Source: an uncultured bacterium (GTDB lineage: Bacteria; Krumholzibacteriota; Krumholzibacteriia; Krumholzibacteriales; Krumholzibacteriaceae). From it: 64,000 nt of DNA. Under the pieces are notes generated by a model, which saw nothing but the letters and a program-made list of their open reading frames with translations, was not told the DNA's origin and searched no databases. The stretch is from contig CAZREW010000017.1 of assembly GCA_964599375.1 (NCBI GenBank), positions 3,926 through 67,925 on the forward strand, in the 5' to 3' direction. Positions 1-9,052 of the stretch are shown here, piece by piece; position 1 is the stretch's first letter, and each line of letters starts with the position of its first letter. The translations under genes and the position numbers were made by a program.

Positions 1-2
1 TC

Positions 3-161
3 GCAGGGGCGGTCGTCGCCGAATATATCCTCTACAGCCGCATGGACGAGGCGCTTCGGACCGGGTTCTGGGCCTTCGTCGGGAAGCTCTGGGCGTATTT
101 CGTGAAGTACGCGCTGGCGCTGGTGGCGCTGGTGATCTTTATCATCCGGTCGTGGCGGTGA
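3..161 (+). CDS. 3' end of a membrane protein (partial); hydrophobic C-terminal segment ...LWAYFVKYALALVALVIFIIRSWR*
   Basis: Open frame from the window edge to TGA at 159-161. The tail is strongly hydrophobic and TM-like. There is no start in the window. Confidence 0.3.
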   Translation, partial: AGAVVAEYILYSRMDEALRTGFWAFVGKLWAYFVKYALALVALVIFIIRSWR

Positions 162-217
162 CGGGGAGATAGCTTCTTTTCCGACATAATTATCCAGGCA
201 CATTTAAATCATCTATA

Positions 218-246
218 TTGATGCCGCTTCCGTGGTGTGGTATATT
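218..246 (+). promoter_or_regulatory. sigma70-type promoter: TTGATG, 17-nt spacer, TGgTATATT extended -10
   Basis: TTGATG at 218-223, 17-nt spacer, TG at 238-239 and TATATT at 241-246. It sits in an AT-rich stretch just upstream of the HTH-zeta gene. Confidence 0.5.
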
Positions 247-278
247 ATATACCACACATGCCGAAGAGGAGACTGATC

Positions 279-1253
279 ATGTTCGGCGAGATGGTCAAGG
301 CGCGTCGGGCTGAGCTGGGGCTGACACTCAGGGAGTTCTGCCGAAGGCTCGGGGAGGACCCGAGCAACTGGAGCAAGGTCGAGAGGGGGATCCTGAGGCC
401 GCCCGTTAGCAGGGAGAAGCTTCGGCGTATCGCCGGGGTCCTGGGCATCAGCGAAGGCTCGGCCGAGTGGGAGGGGCTGGTCGACGCGGCTGTCATCGGC
501 TCCGGGGAGATCCCCTCGTATGTCATGGAGAACAGGGAGGTGTACGGCACACTTCCCGAGCTGTTCAGGGCGATCGGGGGCGCTTCCCTGACGGCCGAAG
601 AGATCCGGCGGATGGTCGAACGGTTGAAAGAAGGCGGCCTGGATGATACGGATGGGGTCGTCGATGAGCGGACTGAAAGAAAAGCGATAGTGGTGGCCGG
701 GCCCAACGGCGCAGGGAAGACGACCTTCGTGCGCGAATATCTCGTCGGGCATGACATCCCGTACATCAGCGCCGACGCGATCGCCGAGAGCATGACCGGT
801 GGAGATATAAGAGATGTCGCCCTGTCTGCCGGAAAGATGTTTTTCGCAGAACTGCGTGACGCTGTTTCAGCAGGCAGGAGCTTCGCCGTGGAGACCACGC
901 TCTCGGGGATGGGATTCCGGCGCCTTCTAAACGCAATGAAACAGGAGCGGTATGGAGTGAGTATCATCTTCATCTATCTCGATAATCCGGGGTTCTGCGT
1001 CACCAGGATCGTGGAGCGGACAAGAAGAGGAGGGCATCATGTGCCCGAGGGGGATGTGGTCCGGCGCTTTCACAGAAGTGTCGCCAATTTCTGGAAGATG
1101 TACAGGTTCGAAGCGGACGACTGGCATCTCGTATGTAATACAGCGCAGGAATTCATAGAGGTGGCCAGGGGATGCGGGGGCGAGCGCCTCGTGTTCGATC
1201 CGGAGTCTTGTGATGCATTGCTTGAATCGGAAGGATTGAGTGATGAAAAGTAG
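279..1253 (+). CDS. HTH_XRE DNA-binding domain fused to a zeta-toxin-like P-loop kinase domain
   Basis: N-terminus MVKARRAELGLTLREFCRRLGEDPSNWSKVERG is a classic XRE helix-turn-helix. Walker A is VVAGPNGAGKTTFV. The C-terminal part carries RIVERTRRGGHHVPEGDVVRRF, a zeta/PezT-type kinase signature. ATG 279 is preceded by AGGAG at 267-271. The ORF track starts at 237, but the SD fits 279. Confidence 0.75.
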   Translation: MFGEMVKARRAELGLTLREFCRRLGEDPSNWSKVERGILRPPVSREKLRRIAGVLGISEGSAEWEGLVDAAVIGSGEIPSYVMENREVYGTLPELFRAIGGASLTAEEIRRMVERLKEGGLDDTDGVVDERTERKAIVVAGPNGAGKTTFVREYLVGHDIPYISADAIAESMTGGDIRDVALSAGKMFFAELRDAVSAGRSFAVETTLSGMGFRRLLNAMKQERYGVSIIFIYLDNPGFCVTRIVERTRRGGHHVPEGDVVRRFHRSVANFWKMYRFEADDWHLVCNTAQEFIEVARGCGGERLVFDPESCDALLESEGLSDEK

Positions 1254-1437
1254 ACTGTTCGATCCCGGTTTCGCCAGGCAGTCTGCCGAGATCCGGCGGA
1301 TCGGCAGCCGGGCGGTCAAGAAGGCCCAGGAGGAAAACCGCCGGCTGGGCATCCCCAACACATACTTCATCAACGGGCATACGTACTACGAGCTTCCCGA
1401 CGGCACGCTCAGCCTCGAGGACCCGTGGGATAAATGA
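1243..1437 (+). CDS. small hypothetical protein (64 aa), translationally coupled to the HTH-zeta gene
   Basis: ATG 1243 overlaps the upstream stop (1251-1253). AAGGA lies 7 nt upstream. I recognise no domain. Its position suggests a partner or antidote of the kinase. Confidence 0.5.
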   Translation: MKSRLFDPGFARQSAEIRRIGSRAVKKAQEENRRLGIPNTYFINGHTYYELPDGTLSLEDPWDK

Positions 1438-1464
1438 AAGGTGTCTACGATCGGCCTCACCGCT

Positions 1465-1516
1465 GTCCACTTTCGGGGACGCGATTCTACTAAAGTGGAC
1501 ACTTTTCTCTTTTCTG
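1465..1516 (+). terminator. putative intrinsic terminator
   Basis: GTCCACTTT at 1465-1473 pairs with AAAGTGGAC at 1492-1500 (9-bp stem, 18-nt loop). It is followed by ACTTTTCTCTTTTCT. Confidence 0.45.
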
Positions 1517-1709
1517 ATGGTGTAACTCCTTATTCTACAATGGCGTGTTTCGGCACGTCTCATGCGATTAACCTTCTTTTGGGCCAGTGCGGCATGGGAG
1601 AGGTATGCCCTGCCGCGTTTCCGCCCGGCAGCCGGGGGATACGCCGATACGCGGCGGACGATCCGGCGGCCAGCCGCCCCGGCGCGGGAGATATCGACCG
1701 GAGCAACTT

Positions 1710-2228
1710 ATGGCATCAGTGCGAATGACCAGGCTGACAGCGGCGCTTATCGTGATACCGGCCCTGCTGCTTCTTGCCGCCACGCCCGCCTTCTCACAGG
1801 AGAGGAGCATCCCGGACAAGCGGAAGATCGAGAAGAGGAAGCCGGCGGCGGCCTCGTCGCAGGATCCCCTGAAGGTCTTCAAGGGGCTGGAGCGCGCCTG
1901 GCAGAAGAAGAACGCCGACGACATCGCCTCGTACGCGGGCGAGGGGCGCGTATTCCTAGACGTGCGCGGCATCGGCAAGAAGGGTGGCTACTACAGCAGG
2001 TCGCAGGTCAAGTACCTCTTCAAGGACATGTTCAGGACCGACGACCAGGTCAAGTTCGAGTTCATCAAGTTCCAGAATCTGGAAGAGCCAGACAGGAAGG
2101 TCTACGGGATAGCTTACAGGAGCTGTAAAAACAATCGCAGCGGCAAGGTCTTTCAGGATAAGGTTTACGTTACGCTGGGGCGCGAGGGCCCCTCTTGGGT
2201 CGTGGCCGAGATAAAGACCACACGTTGA
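1710..2228 (+). CDS. secreted NTF2-like/DUF4440-like small protein
   Basis: Signal peptide MASVRMTRLTAALIVIPALLLLAATPAFSQE. The mature part (ERAWQKKNADDIASY...VVAEIKT) resembles SnoaL/NTF2-fold DUF4440 proteins. The upstream part of the listed ORF at 1587 is probably not translated. Confidence 0.55.
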   Translation: MASVRMTRLTAALIVIPALLLLAATPAFSQERSIPDKRKIEKRKPAAASSQDPLKVFKGLERAWQKKNADDIASYAGEGRVFLDVRGIGKKGGYYSRSQVKYLFKDMFRTDDQVKFEFIKFQNLEEPDRKVYGIAYRSCKNNRSGKVFQDKVYVTLGREGPSWVVAEIKTTR

Positions 2229-2262
2229 TCCCGGCCGACGGTTTTACGGGAGACACTTAGCC

Positions 2263-5200
2263 GTGGACGCAAAGCGAGAGAATAAGATATTCCTGTCGGT
2301 CCTCTGGGTGTTCCTCGTATCGGCTCTTGTATTCTTCTTTATCTACATCGCGGCAGGCAGGATCGGGCTCGCGCCCTCGGTCTGGTTCATGTTCCTGCTT
2401 CTCGACCTCGGCTTTATCATCTTTCTCTTCGTCCCGCTGCCGGGCAGGCAGAAGGCGGGCGGGAGGAAAGCGCCGCGCAGGCAGGAGTGGTACCCGCGCG
2501 ACCTCGGCGAGATCGTCGAGAAGCGAGGCGACGCCGTCTCCGAGGATCCCGGGATGCTAAGGCCCGGCAGGGCCGTAGGCCCCGTGCCCCTTATCCCCCT
2601 TCTGATACTCCTTGTCGTCATCCTGCTGGCCGCCCCGTTCGGGAGCGGCGAGGAGGCGTGGGACAAGAGGGAGACCGGCCGCCTCACCTCGATTTACGGC
2701 GAGGCGGCAGGCATGCTCGCCGGCCTCGAGAGCAAGCTCGGCGATGTCGGTGCCGAGGCGGCGGAGTTGCTCGGGCGCTGGGAGATCACGAAGTCCGACG
2801 ATCCGGCGCGGATCGAGATGATACACGCGATAGACTCGCTCGCCGCCTCGGCCTCGGCCGGGCTCGAGCCGGTCTCCGAGCTCGGCATACAGGTCTTCAA
2901 CGCGGGAGGGAACAGGCTCGCCTGGGGCGGGAGGCCGAGATACGACGGGCGCCAGGACACGAGGGCCGACGCGACGAAGCTGTTCATCGCCAGCGCGCGC
3001 CTCTTCACAGTGCTCGTGCGCGAGATCCCGCTCGAGTCGGGCGGAAGGGTCGTCGTCGACCTGCCGCTCGAGGTAAACTACAGGATAAGCAACCGGTTCC
3101 TGCGCAGCACGAGCCTCGGGGAGATCGTCGGCGCAAGGCACGGAGTCGACGTCGAGTTCAGCTACTGGATGGGGCGGCACGGCAGCCGCACGATCGAGGG
3201 CGAGGATGAGGGAGACATCCCGCAGGCGGCGAGGACCTCTGACGGAGCGGTAAGGGTGACGGGGCTGCTGCGTTCTGCGGACGGGCAGCCACTCGCCAGG
3301 CTCACGGTCCGAGGCGAGACGTACGAAGCGGCAGCGGCAGGCGCCGCGGGCAGGAGGGCCACGTGGGCCGGCCTGCTTCTGACCCTCTCCGTGATAGTGA
3401 TAGCCCGCTGGATCTACAACGGGTGGGGAAAGAGGAGGCCGGGCGGCGAGAGCAACCTGCGCGCATTCGCCAGGCGGGTCGTCCTGCTCGTCTTCTTCAT
3501 AGGGATAATCCGATATCTCCTGCTGCGGCTCGAGATGCCGGGCGGGATATTCGGGATAGACCTTTTCGACTCGGCGCTCTTCGCCGACGACGCGCCGGGC
3601 GGGCTGATGCGCACAGCGGGCGACTACCTCGTCTCGGCGGCGTTCCTGCTCGCGCTCGTCTTCGGGATCGTCAAGTCGTTCAGGACCTACTACGGCGGGA
3701 TACTCGAGAAACAGATATCGAGGGGCGCGCCGTTCGACGCGCTGCGCATGGCCGTCCGCGCGGTCCTCCTGGCCGCCGTGCTCGCCGGGGCGGCGTACGG
3801 TTCGACGCTCATCGTCTCGAGGACCGTGCTCAACTCGAACCCCAGGCTGATCGGTCTCGACGCGGGGTTCTTCAGCATCCCCGCGCTCACGCTTCACACG
3901 GCGCTGCTCTTCTCGGTGGCCGCCGTCTTCATCGCGGCCATCTTCCTCTTCAGGCTCCTTCTGAGCTGGGGAGGCGGGCCGAAGGGCGAAGCGCTGCTCT
4001 CGTCCGCGCTGGGCCTGGCCGCCGTCTATTTCCTTGTCCACCCGCACTGGTCGGCGCTCGTCGCGGCGGCGGCGCTGATCTTCCTTTCGGCGAGGATCTT
4101 CCCGCTCCTTCGCAAGGAGGAGGTCCTCTCGGTCGTCTTCGCGTCGTTCTTCCTCGTGCTGATCTGCTCGGTAGTGATATACGGGGTCGGAACGAAGGCT
4201 TACGACGAGATAAGGAGGGGAAAGATCGAGGAACTCGCGGGCGACATCAACGACCCGCAGGAGAACATGTTCGAGATGGCCCTGCAGTTCGGCATGGAGG
4301 AGATAGCCGCCGACAGGACGCTCGTCTCGAAGGCGATGTCGCATTCACAGTCGGCCGCGTTCGAGATATGGGCCGGGAGCGACCTGAGCGGGCTCGGCCG
4401 GCCGTGTGTCTTCGACGTCTACGACGCGGCGGGGGTGAGGTTCTCGAGCTTCTCGGTCGGCATCCCGTTCGAGATAGCCGGCGTCTTCGACGACGGGGGG
4501 TACCCGCTCGAGAAGACCGGCGTGCTCAGCGTCGAGCGCGACAGCGACTTCGGCAAGGTCTATTACTTCGTCGGCGTGGCACCGATCCGCCACCCGAGCG
4601 GTAGGCTCGCCGGGCGGGTCGAGGTCAAGTGGCCTTACCACTTCGAGAACCCTTCCATGCTTACCAGCGCGGGGCCGGCCGCTCCCGAGATACTGCGCAA
4701 CGTCGAGAGGGGCTCGGTGACGCCGAGGATAGACGAGCCGGAGAAGCTGCTGGTCGCGAGGGTCGAAGGTGGCCGCGTGCTCGAGTCCTCCGACCCGATG
4801 TTGCGCACCGGGACGCCGCTCGCGGGCAAGCCGGGGGAATGGTTCGTCTACGGCTCGGCCGAGGGGAAGTACTACTGCGTCTACATCCCGGGAGACGGGC
4901 CGTCGCAGTACATCGTCGGGTACCTCTCGCCCGGGCTGAACGGAAGCGTCCTGATGTGGGCGACAGTGATATCTGTCGACATAATGATAACGATAGCATC
5001 GCTGGCGCTCCTGTTGCTCGTGCGCAAGCTCCCATTCTTCGGGAGCGTCACGCCCGACGTCTCGCTGCGCGGCGGGCTCGGGTTCAGGCGCAAGCTCCTT
5101 CTCTCGTTCACCGTCGTATCGATGATACCGGTCCTGCTGATGGGAGTCTTCTCGTCGCGCTACATCCGGTACAGGTACAGGGCGGTCAGCGAGAGGGAGG

Positions 5201-7122
5201 CGTTCGAGGCGGCCTCGTCCGCGGGGGCGCTCGTGCGGCACGGAGTGCGGGCCGAGGCGGAGGCGTTCGCGCGGAGCAGCTATCTGAGCGACATGCTCCG
5301 GCCCGCCGGGGCGGATGAGGCGGAGGCGCACGAGTACGGGGATGCGCTCTTCACGATAGTCGATGCCGGCGGCGCGGTCATCCTCGATGACAGCCGATAT
5401 CCGGTCGACCAGGACAATCTGCCGACGATAAGGCAGGAGTCGCTCTCGGAGCGCGTGACGATAACCTGGGACAGGCCGGGGCTCTACGCAGGGACGGTGA
5501 TCCCTATCTCGCTGCCCGGCAGGCCCGGCGCGTACCTCTACTACCGCAGGAAACTCGACGACGATTTCATAGGAAGTACGGCGGCCGTGCTCGGCCGTAA
5601 CCTCAACGTATACTACAAGGGCTCGCTGGCGGCCTCGAGCGAGCGCGAGCTCTTCGTGGGCGGGTTTCTGCCGACCCTGCTCGCGCCGCGCACGTACGCC
5701 GACGTCGCGCTCGGGGGGAGCAGGACCGTGGTCACAAGCGAGTCGCTCGGTGACTACTCCTACCAGGTCTCGAGCATCGCGATGCCCTCGCTTACAGGCG
5801 GGGAGAGCGCGGTCCTCTCGGTGCCGCACCTCTTCAGGACCGCCATCGTGCGCAGCGAGGTGCTCAGGACCTCGGCCGTGCTGCTCGGGCTGCTCGCCCT
5901 GATACTCTGCGTGGCGGTCACGCTCGGCGTCTTCCTCGCGGGGAAGATATTCAACCCGATAGCGGCGCTGCGCGTCGGGACAAAGAGGATCATAAGAGGC
6001 GATCTCGAGTTCAGGCTCGAATCGGGGGCAACAGACGAGATCGGCGAGCTGGTCGACTCGTTCAATTCGATGACGTCGTCGCTCGCCACGGCTAGGCGCG
6101 ATCTGCTCGAGAGGCAGCGCTACCTCGCAGCGGTCCTCGACAACATGTCGACGGGCGTCATCTCGGCCGGGAGCGACGGCACGATAATGACGATCAATCC
6201 CGCAGGCGAGAGGATACTCGGCATATCCGCCGGGGAACTCGTCGGGCGCAAGGCGGCCAGGGCGGGGGACGCCCATCTGCGGGGCTTCTTCGACCTCTTC
6301 GCCCTCGAGACCGGCAAGACGATCGAGGGGGAGATCACGCTCGAGCAAGGCGACGAGCGCCGCACGCTGAAGACCGTCGTCGCGGGTCTCTCCGAGGGGG
6401 GAGAGAGGCTCGGCACAGTGATCGTCTTCGACGACCTCACCGAGCTGATACGCACGAAGAAACTCGCGGCGTGGATAGAGATGGCGCGGCAGATAGCGCA
6501 CGAGGTGAAGAACCCGCTCACTCCGATCAAGCTCTCGGCGCAGCTGATGCGCAGGGCGTACGACGCGGGGAGCGGCGAGTTCGGCGAGATATTCACGAGC
6601 GGGATAGAGACGGTCATCCAGCAGACTGAGATCCTCCGCCAGATAGCCTCCGAGTTCTCGAGCTTCGGCCGGGCCGTCGACCTCAGGCGCGAGACGGTCA
6701 GGCTCGACGAGTTCATCGGCAGCGTCATTGCGGGGTACCGCGGCGTAGAGGGTATAACGATCAGGTACGCGGGCGGCCCGGGCGCCGCCACGGCCGACCG
6801 GGAGGCGCTCAGAAGGATACTGGTCAACCTCGTTGAGAACGCCCTCGAGGCGATCTCGGGCGAGGGCGAGATCGTCGTCTCGCACGAGGTCGCCGGCGGC
6901 AGGGCAGTGATCAGCGTCACCGATACCGGGACGGGGCTCGCGGGGGATGCGGAGAAAAAACTCTTCGAGCCGTACTTCTCGACCAAGACGAACGGCACCG
7001 GGCTCGGGCTCGCGATATGCCAGTCGCTGGCGAACGAGATGGACGGCGAGATAGTGCTCAGGAACAGGGAGGACGCCCGGGGGGTAAAAGCGGTTGTGAC
7101 CCTCCCCGCGGCGAAGGATTAA
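2263..7122 (+). CDS. giant (1619 aa) multi-TM sensor histidine kinase with HAMP-PAS-HisKA-HATPase_c, NtrY-like
   Basis: Many TM helices in the first ~650 aa plus two later TM segments. HAMP-like KIFNPIAALRVGTKRIIRGDLEF...; H-box IAHEVKNPLTPIKLSAQLM at about nt 6490-6550 (NtrY-type); N-box LVENALEA; G-boxes DTGTGL and GTGLGLAICQ. Confidence 0.85.
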   Translation: MDAKRENKIFLSVLWVFLVSALVFFFIYIAAGRIGLAPSVWFMFLLLDLGFIIFLFVPLPGRQKAGGRKAPRRQEWYPRDLGEIVEKRGDAVSEDPGMLRPGRAVGPVPLIPLLILLVVILLAAPFGSGEEAWDKRETGRLTSIYGEAAGMLAGLESKLGDVGAEAAELLGRWEITKSDDPARIEMIHAIDSLAASASAGLEPVSELGIQVFNAGGNRLAWGGRPRYDGRQDTRADATKLFIASARLFTVLVREIPLESGGRVVVDLPLEVNYRISNRFLRSTSLGEIVGARHGVDVEFSYWMGRHGSRTIEGEDEGDIPQAARTSDGAVRVTGLLRSADGQPLARLTVRGETYEAAAAGAAGRRATWAGLLLTLSVIVIARWIYNGWGKRRPGGESNLRAFARRVVLLVFFIGIIRYLLLRLEMPGGIFGIDLFDSALFADDAPGGLMRTAGDYLVSAAFLLALVFGIVKSFRTYYGGILEKQISRGAPFDALRMAVRAVLLAAVLAGAAYGSTLIVSRTVLNSNPRLIGLDAGFFSIPALTLHTALLFSVAAVFIAAIFLFRLLLSWGGGPKGEALLSSALGLAAVYFLVHPHWSALVAAAALIFLSARIFPLLRKEEVLSVVFASFFLVLICSVVIYGVGTKAYDEIRRGKIEELAGDINDPQENMFEMALQFGMEEIAADRTLVSKAMSHSQSAAFEIWAGSDLSGLGRPCVFDVYDAAGVRFSSFSVGIPFEIAGVFDDGGYPLEKTGVLSVERDSDFGKVYYFVGVAPIRHPSGRLAGRVEVKWPYHFENPSMLTSAGPAAPEILRNVERGSVTPRIDEPEKLLVARVEGGRVLESSDPMLRTGTPLAGKPGEWFVYGSAEGKYYCVYIPGDGPSQYIVGYLSPGLNGSVLMWATVISVDIMITIASLALLLLVRKLPFFGSVTPDVSLRGGLGFRRKLLLSFTVVSMIPVLLMGVFSSRYIRYRYRAVSEREAFEAASSAGALVRHGVRAEAEAFARSSYLSDMLRPAGADEAEAHEYGDALFTIVDAGGAVILDDSRYPVDQDNLPTIRQESLSERVTITWDRPGLYAGTVIPISLPGRPGAYLYYRRKLDDDFIGSTAAVLGRNLNVYYKGSLAASSERELFVGGFLPTLLAPRTYADVALGGSRTVVTSESLGDYSYQVSSIAMPSLTGGESAVLSVPHLFRTAIVRSEVLRTSAVLLGLLALILCVAVTLGVFLAGKIFNPIAALRVGTKRIIRGDLEFRLESGATDEIGELVDSFNSMTSSLATARRDLLERQRYLAAVLDNMSTGVISAGSDGTIMTINPAGERILGISAGELVGRKAARAGDAHLRGFFDLFALETGKTIEGEITLEQGDERRTLKTVVAGLSEGGERLGTVIVFDDLTELIRTKKLAAWIEMARQIAHEVKNPLTPIKLSAQLMRRAYDAGSGEFGEIFTSGIETVIQQTEILRQIASEFSSFGRAVDLRRETVRLDEFIGSVIAGYRGVEGITIRYAGGPGAATADREALRRILVNLVENALEAISGEGEIVVSHEVAGGRAVISVTDTGTGLAGDAEKKLFEPYFSTKTNGTGLGLAICQSLANEMDGEIVLRNREDARGVKAVVTLPAAKD

Positions 7123-7166
7123 AAGGGATGATATAGACTGTATGTCCCTGTCATATTCCCCTATGG

Positions 7167-7646
7167 GTGAGAGATATGCTTAAACGTTTCTGTATGGCGT
7201 CATGTGTCGTTCCGTTATTGTCGGTGGCGTTCTGTGGAGAGTGCGCGGCCGGGGAGGACAAGTTGGCCGAAAGGCTAAAGGGGCCGCTTGTGATTACTGG
7301 CGCCCTGATCACCGGGGTGAATATCGCTATGACGGCGCACAACATTTCCGGGTTGCGCGCGGACACGCCGGGCAAGCTCGGAGGCGTAGGAGGGATGCTG
7401 CTCGGGTCGTACGGCGCCCTGTTCGGAGCCGCCTGCTTCTTCGTCCAGGAGCCGGTGTTTTTCATCACCGGCCTGGGGTGCACGGCGGCCGGCGTGGTCA
7501 CCGCGTATTACGGGGTGAAGACCCTGAAGGCCGTTCAGCGGAAATTTATCGAGGAGGAGGAGCGGGGTGTCGCCTTCAGCCCTGTCCTGATCGACGACGG
7601 GTCTGGAAGGCTCGAGCCGGGAGTGCAGGTCAGCTGGAGGTTCTGA
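7167..7646 (+). CDS. small hypothetical membrane protein
   Basis: Hydrophobic N-terminus and Gly-rich TM segments. It does not overlap any real + gene. The minus-strand ORF 7151-7501 is the antisense alternative. Confidence 0.45.
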   Translation: MRDMLKRFCMASCVVPLLSVAFCGECAAGEDKLAERLKGPLVITGALITGVNIAMTAHNISGLRADTPGKLGGVGGMLLGSYGALFGAACFFVQEPVFFITGLGCTAAGVVTAYYGVKTLKAVQRKFIEEEERGVAFSPVLIDDGSGRLEPGVQVSWRF

Positions 7647-7672
7647 GACAGGGAGCGTGAAAGGGCGGCATC

Positions 7673-8107
7673 GTGAAAAGGCTCGCGTGGATATTACTGG
7701 CTGTTCTGGCGGCGACTTCGTCGTGCGGAACGAGGTACGCTTACGATCCGGCCGAAGAGTTCGACGGGGCGATAGACCAGGCCACGCGCAAGGAGATGCG
7801 GGAGATAACCGGGGAGTTCTGGTGCAACGGGTACGGGGATTATTTCGCGCCCTATGAATTTGAAGAGATATGGTGCACGTCCGGCGGAGGGCTCTGCCCG
7901 AGGTACGAGGCCGAGATCGACAGGCTGTTCGAAGAGGGGGTGCTCGACGGCGGGGACCCGTACGTCGAGGTCACGCTTTCAGGCTTCATCGGGGTCCCGA
8001 TCGACTGGTACTATGAGCTCGACTGTGCGCGGGTGTTCTACGTCACGAGCATCGACAGGCTGGTTGTTAGAAACAAGGGTCCGGTGATCTACGGAAATGA
8101 GGAATAG
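7673..8107 (+). CDS. lipoprotein, Cys-rich
   Basis: MKRLAWILLAVLAATSSCG is a lipobox. The mature part has several Cys (CNGYGDY...WCTSGGGLCPRY). Confidence 0.5.
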   Translation: MKRLAWILLAVLAATSSCGTRYAYDPAEEFDGAIDQATRKEMREITGEFWCNGYGDYFAPYEFEEIWCTSGGGLCPRYEAEIDRLFEEGVLDGGDPYVEVTLSGFIGVPIDWYYELDCARVFYVTSIDRLVVRNKGPVIYGNEE

Positions 8108-8861
8108 ATCTATATATGGCCGGCGTTCTCGAGCGCGTGTGGGCGCGTTCGTGGCGGCCGCATTGTTACTGGCAGTGTGTGGCAGCGCCGGTGCCCAGGG
8201 ACACAGACCTGATGGGATGGATACCCCCGCCGCGAAGCGCGGCGGGGCGGGCAGGGCGGCGTCCGACGAGTACCGGGTGACGGTCGCCCGGCTCAAGTAC
8301 GGGGGCGGCGGGGACTGGTACTCGGATCCCTCGTCGCTGCCGAACTTCCTCTCGGAGTTCGAGAGGCGCACCGGGATACCGACCGCGTCGATGGAGAAGG
8401 TCATAGAGCCGGGGGATCCGGCGCTCTCCTCGTTCCCGTTCCTCTACATGACCGGGCACGGGAACATCTCTTTTACCGGCACCGAGCTCGAGCGGCTCCG
8501 CGCGCACCTTCTCGGGGGCGGGTTCCTCTACGCGGACGACAATTACGGGATGGACAAGTCGTTCCGCAAGGCCGTCACCGAGCTCTTCCCCGAGCGCGAG
8601 CTCGTGGACGTGCCGTTCAGCCATCCGATATACAGCTGCTTCTACCGGCTCGACGGGCCGCCGAAGATACACGAGCACGACGGCAAGCCTCCCGAGGGGC
8701 TGGGGATCTTCGACGGGGACAGGCTGATGCTCTTCTACACCTACGAGAGCGACGTCGGCGACGGGCTCGAGGACCCCGACGTGCACGGCGATCCTCCAGA
8801 CAAGAGAGAGGCCGCGATGCGCATGGCGGTCAACGTCTTCTATTACGCTATGACGAGGTGA
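8097..8861 (+). CDS. secreted DUF4159-like (GATase1-like fold) protein
   Basis: Signal peptide ...AAALLLAVCGSAGAQ. Motifs YGGGGDWYSDPSSLPNF and FLYMTGHGNISFTGTELERLRAHLLGGGFLYADD recall DUF4159 family members. The assignment is from memory, not a search. Confidence 0.5.
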   Translation: MRNRSIYGRRSRARVGAFVAAALLLAVCGSAGAQGHRPDGMDTPAAKRGGAGRAASDEYRVTVARLKYGGGGDWYSDPSSLPNFLSEFERRTGIPTASMEKVIEPGDPALSSFPFLYMTGHGNISFTGTELERLRAHLLGGGFLYADDNYGMDKSFRKAVTELFPERELVDVPFSHPIYSCFYRLDGPPKIHEHDGKPPEGLGIFDGDRLMLFYTYESDVGDGLEDPDVHGDPPDKREAAMRMAVNVFYYAMTR

Positions 8862-9052
8862 CCTCATCAGGGGCGCCGGGGATGATTCCAGCTGAAGAGA
8901 TCTCTGGCTGTCATCCGGCATGGACATTGCGAGGGACAAAATGATGGACATGCATAGGCACTTGACATGTATTTATTGTTGTGTTAATATCATCTGTGTG
9001 GCGACTAATACGTTATAATATAATCAGATAAATTCAATAATGGCGGTCATGT

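Noticed and set aside
1441-2128. ORFs 1441-1728 and 1562-2128 in the spacer after the toxin module
   Set aside because: They run through a terminator hairpin and the signal-peptide gene in other frames. They have no RBS and give low-complexity products.
2557-6885. Very long minus-strand ORFs (595 aa at 2557-4344 and 846 aa at 4345-6885) antisense to the NtrY-like kinase
   Set aside because: The products are R/P/G/E-rich low-complexity translations with no motifs. The + strand carries unmistakable HAMP/PAS/HisKA/HATPase signatures, so these are typical high-GC antisense artefacts.
7151-7501. Minus-strand 116-aa ORF overlapping + ORF 7167-7646
   Set aside because: Only one of the pair can be real. 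The + frame encodes a coherent signal-peptide/TM protein co-oriented with its neighbours. The minus product is P/S/T-rich.
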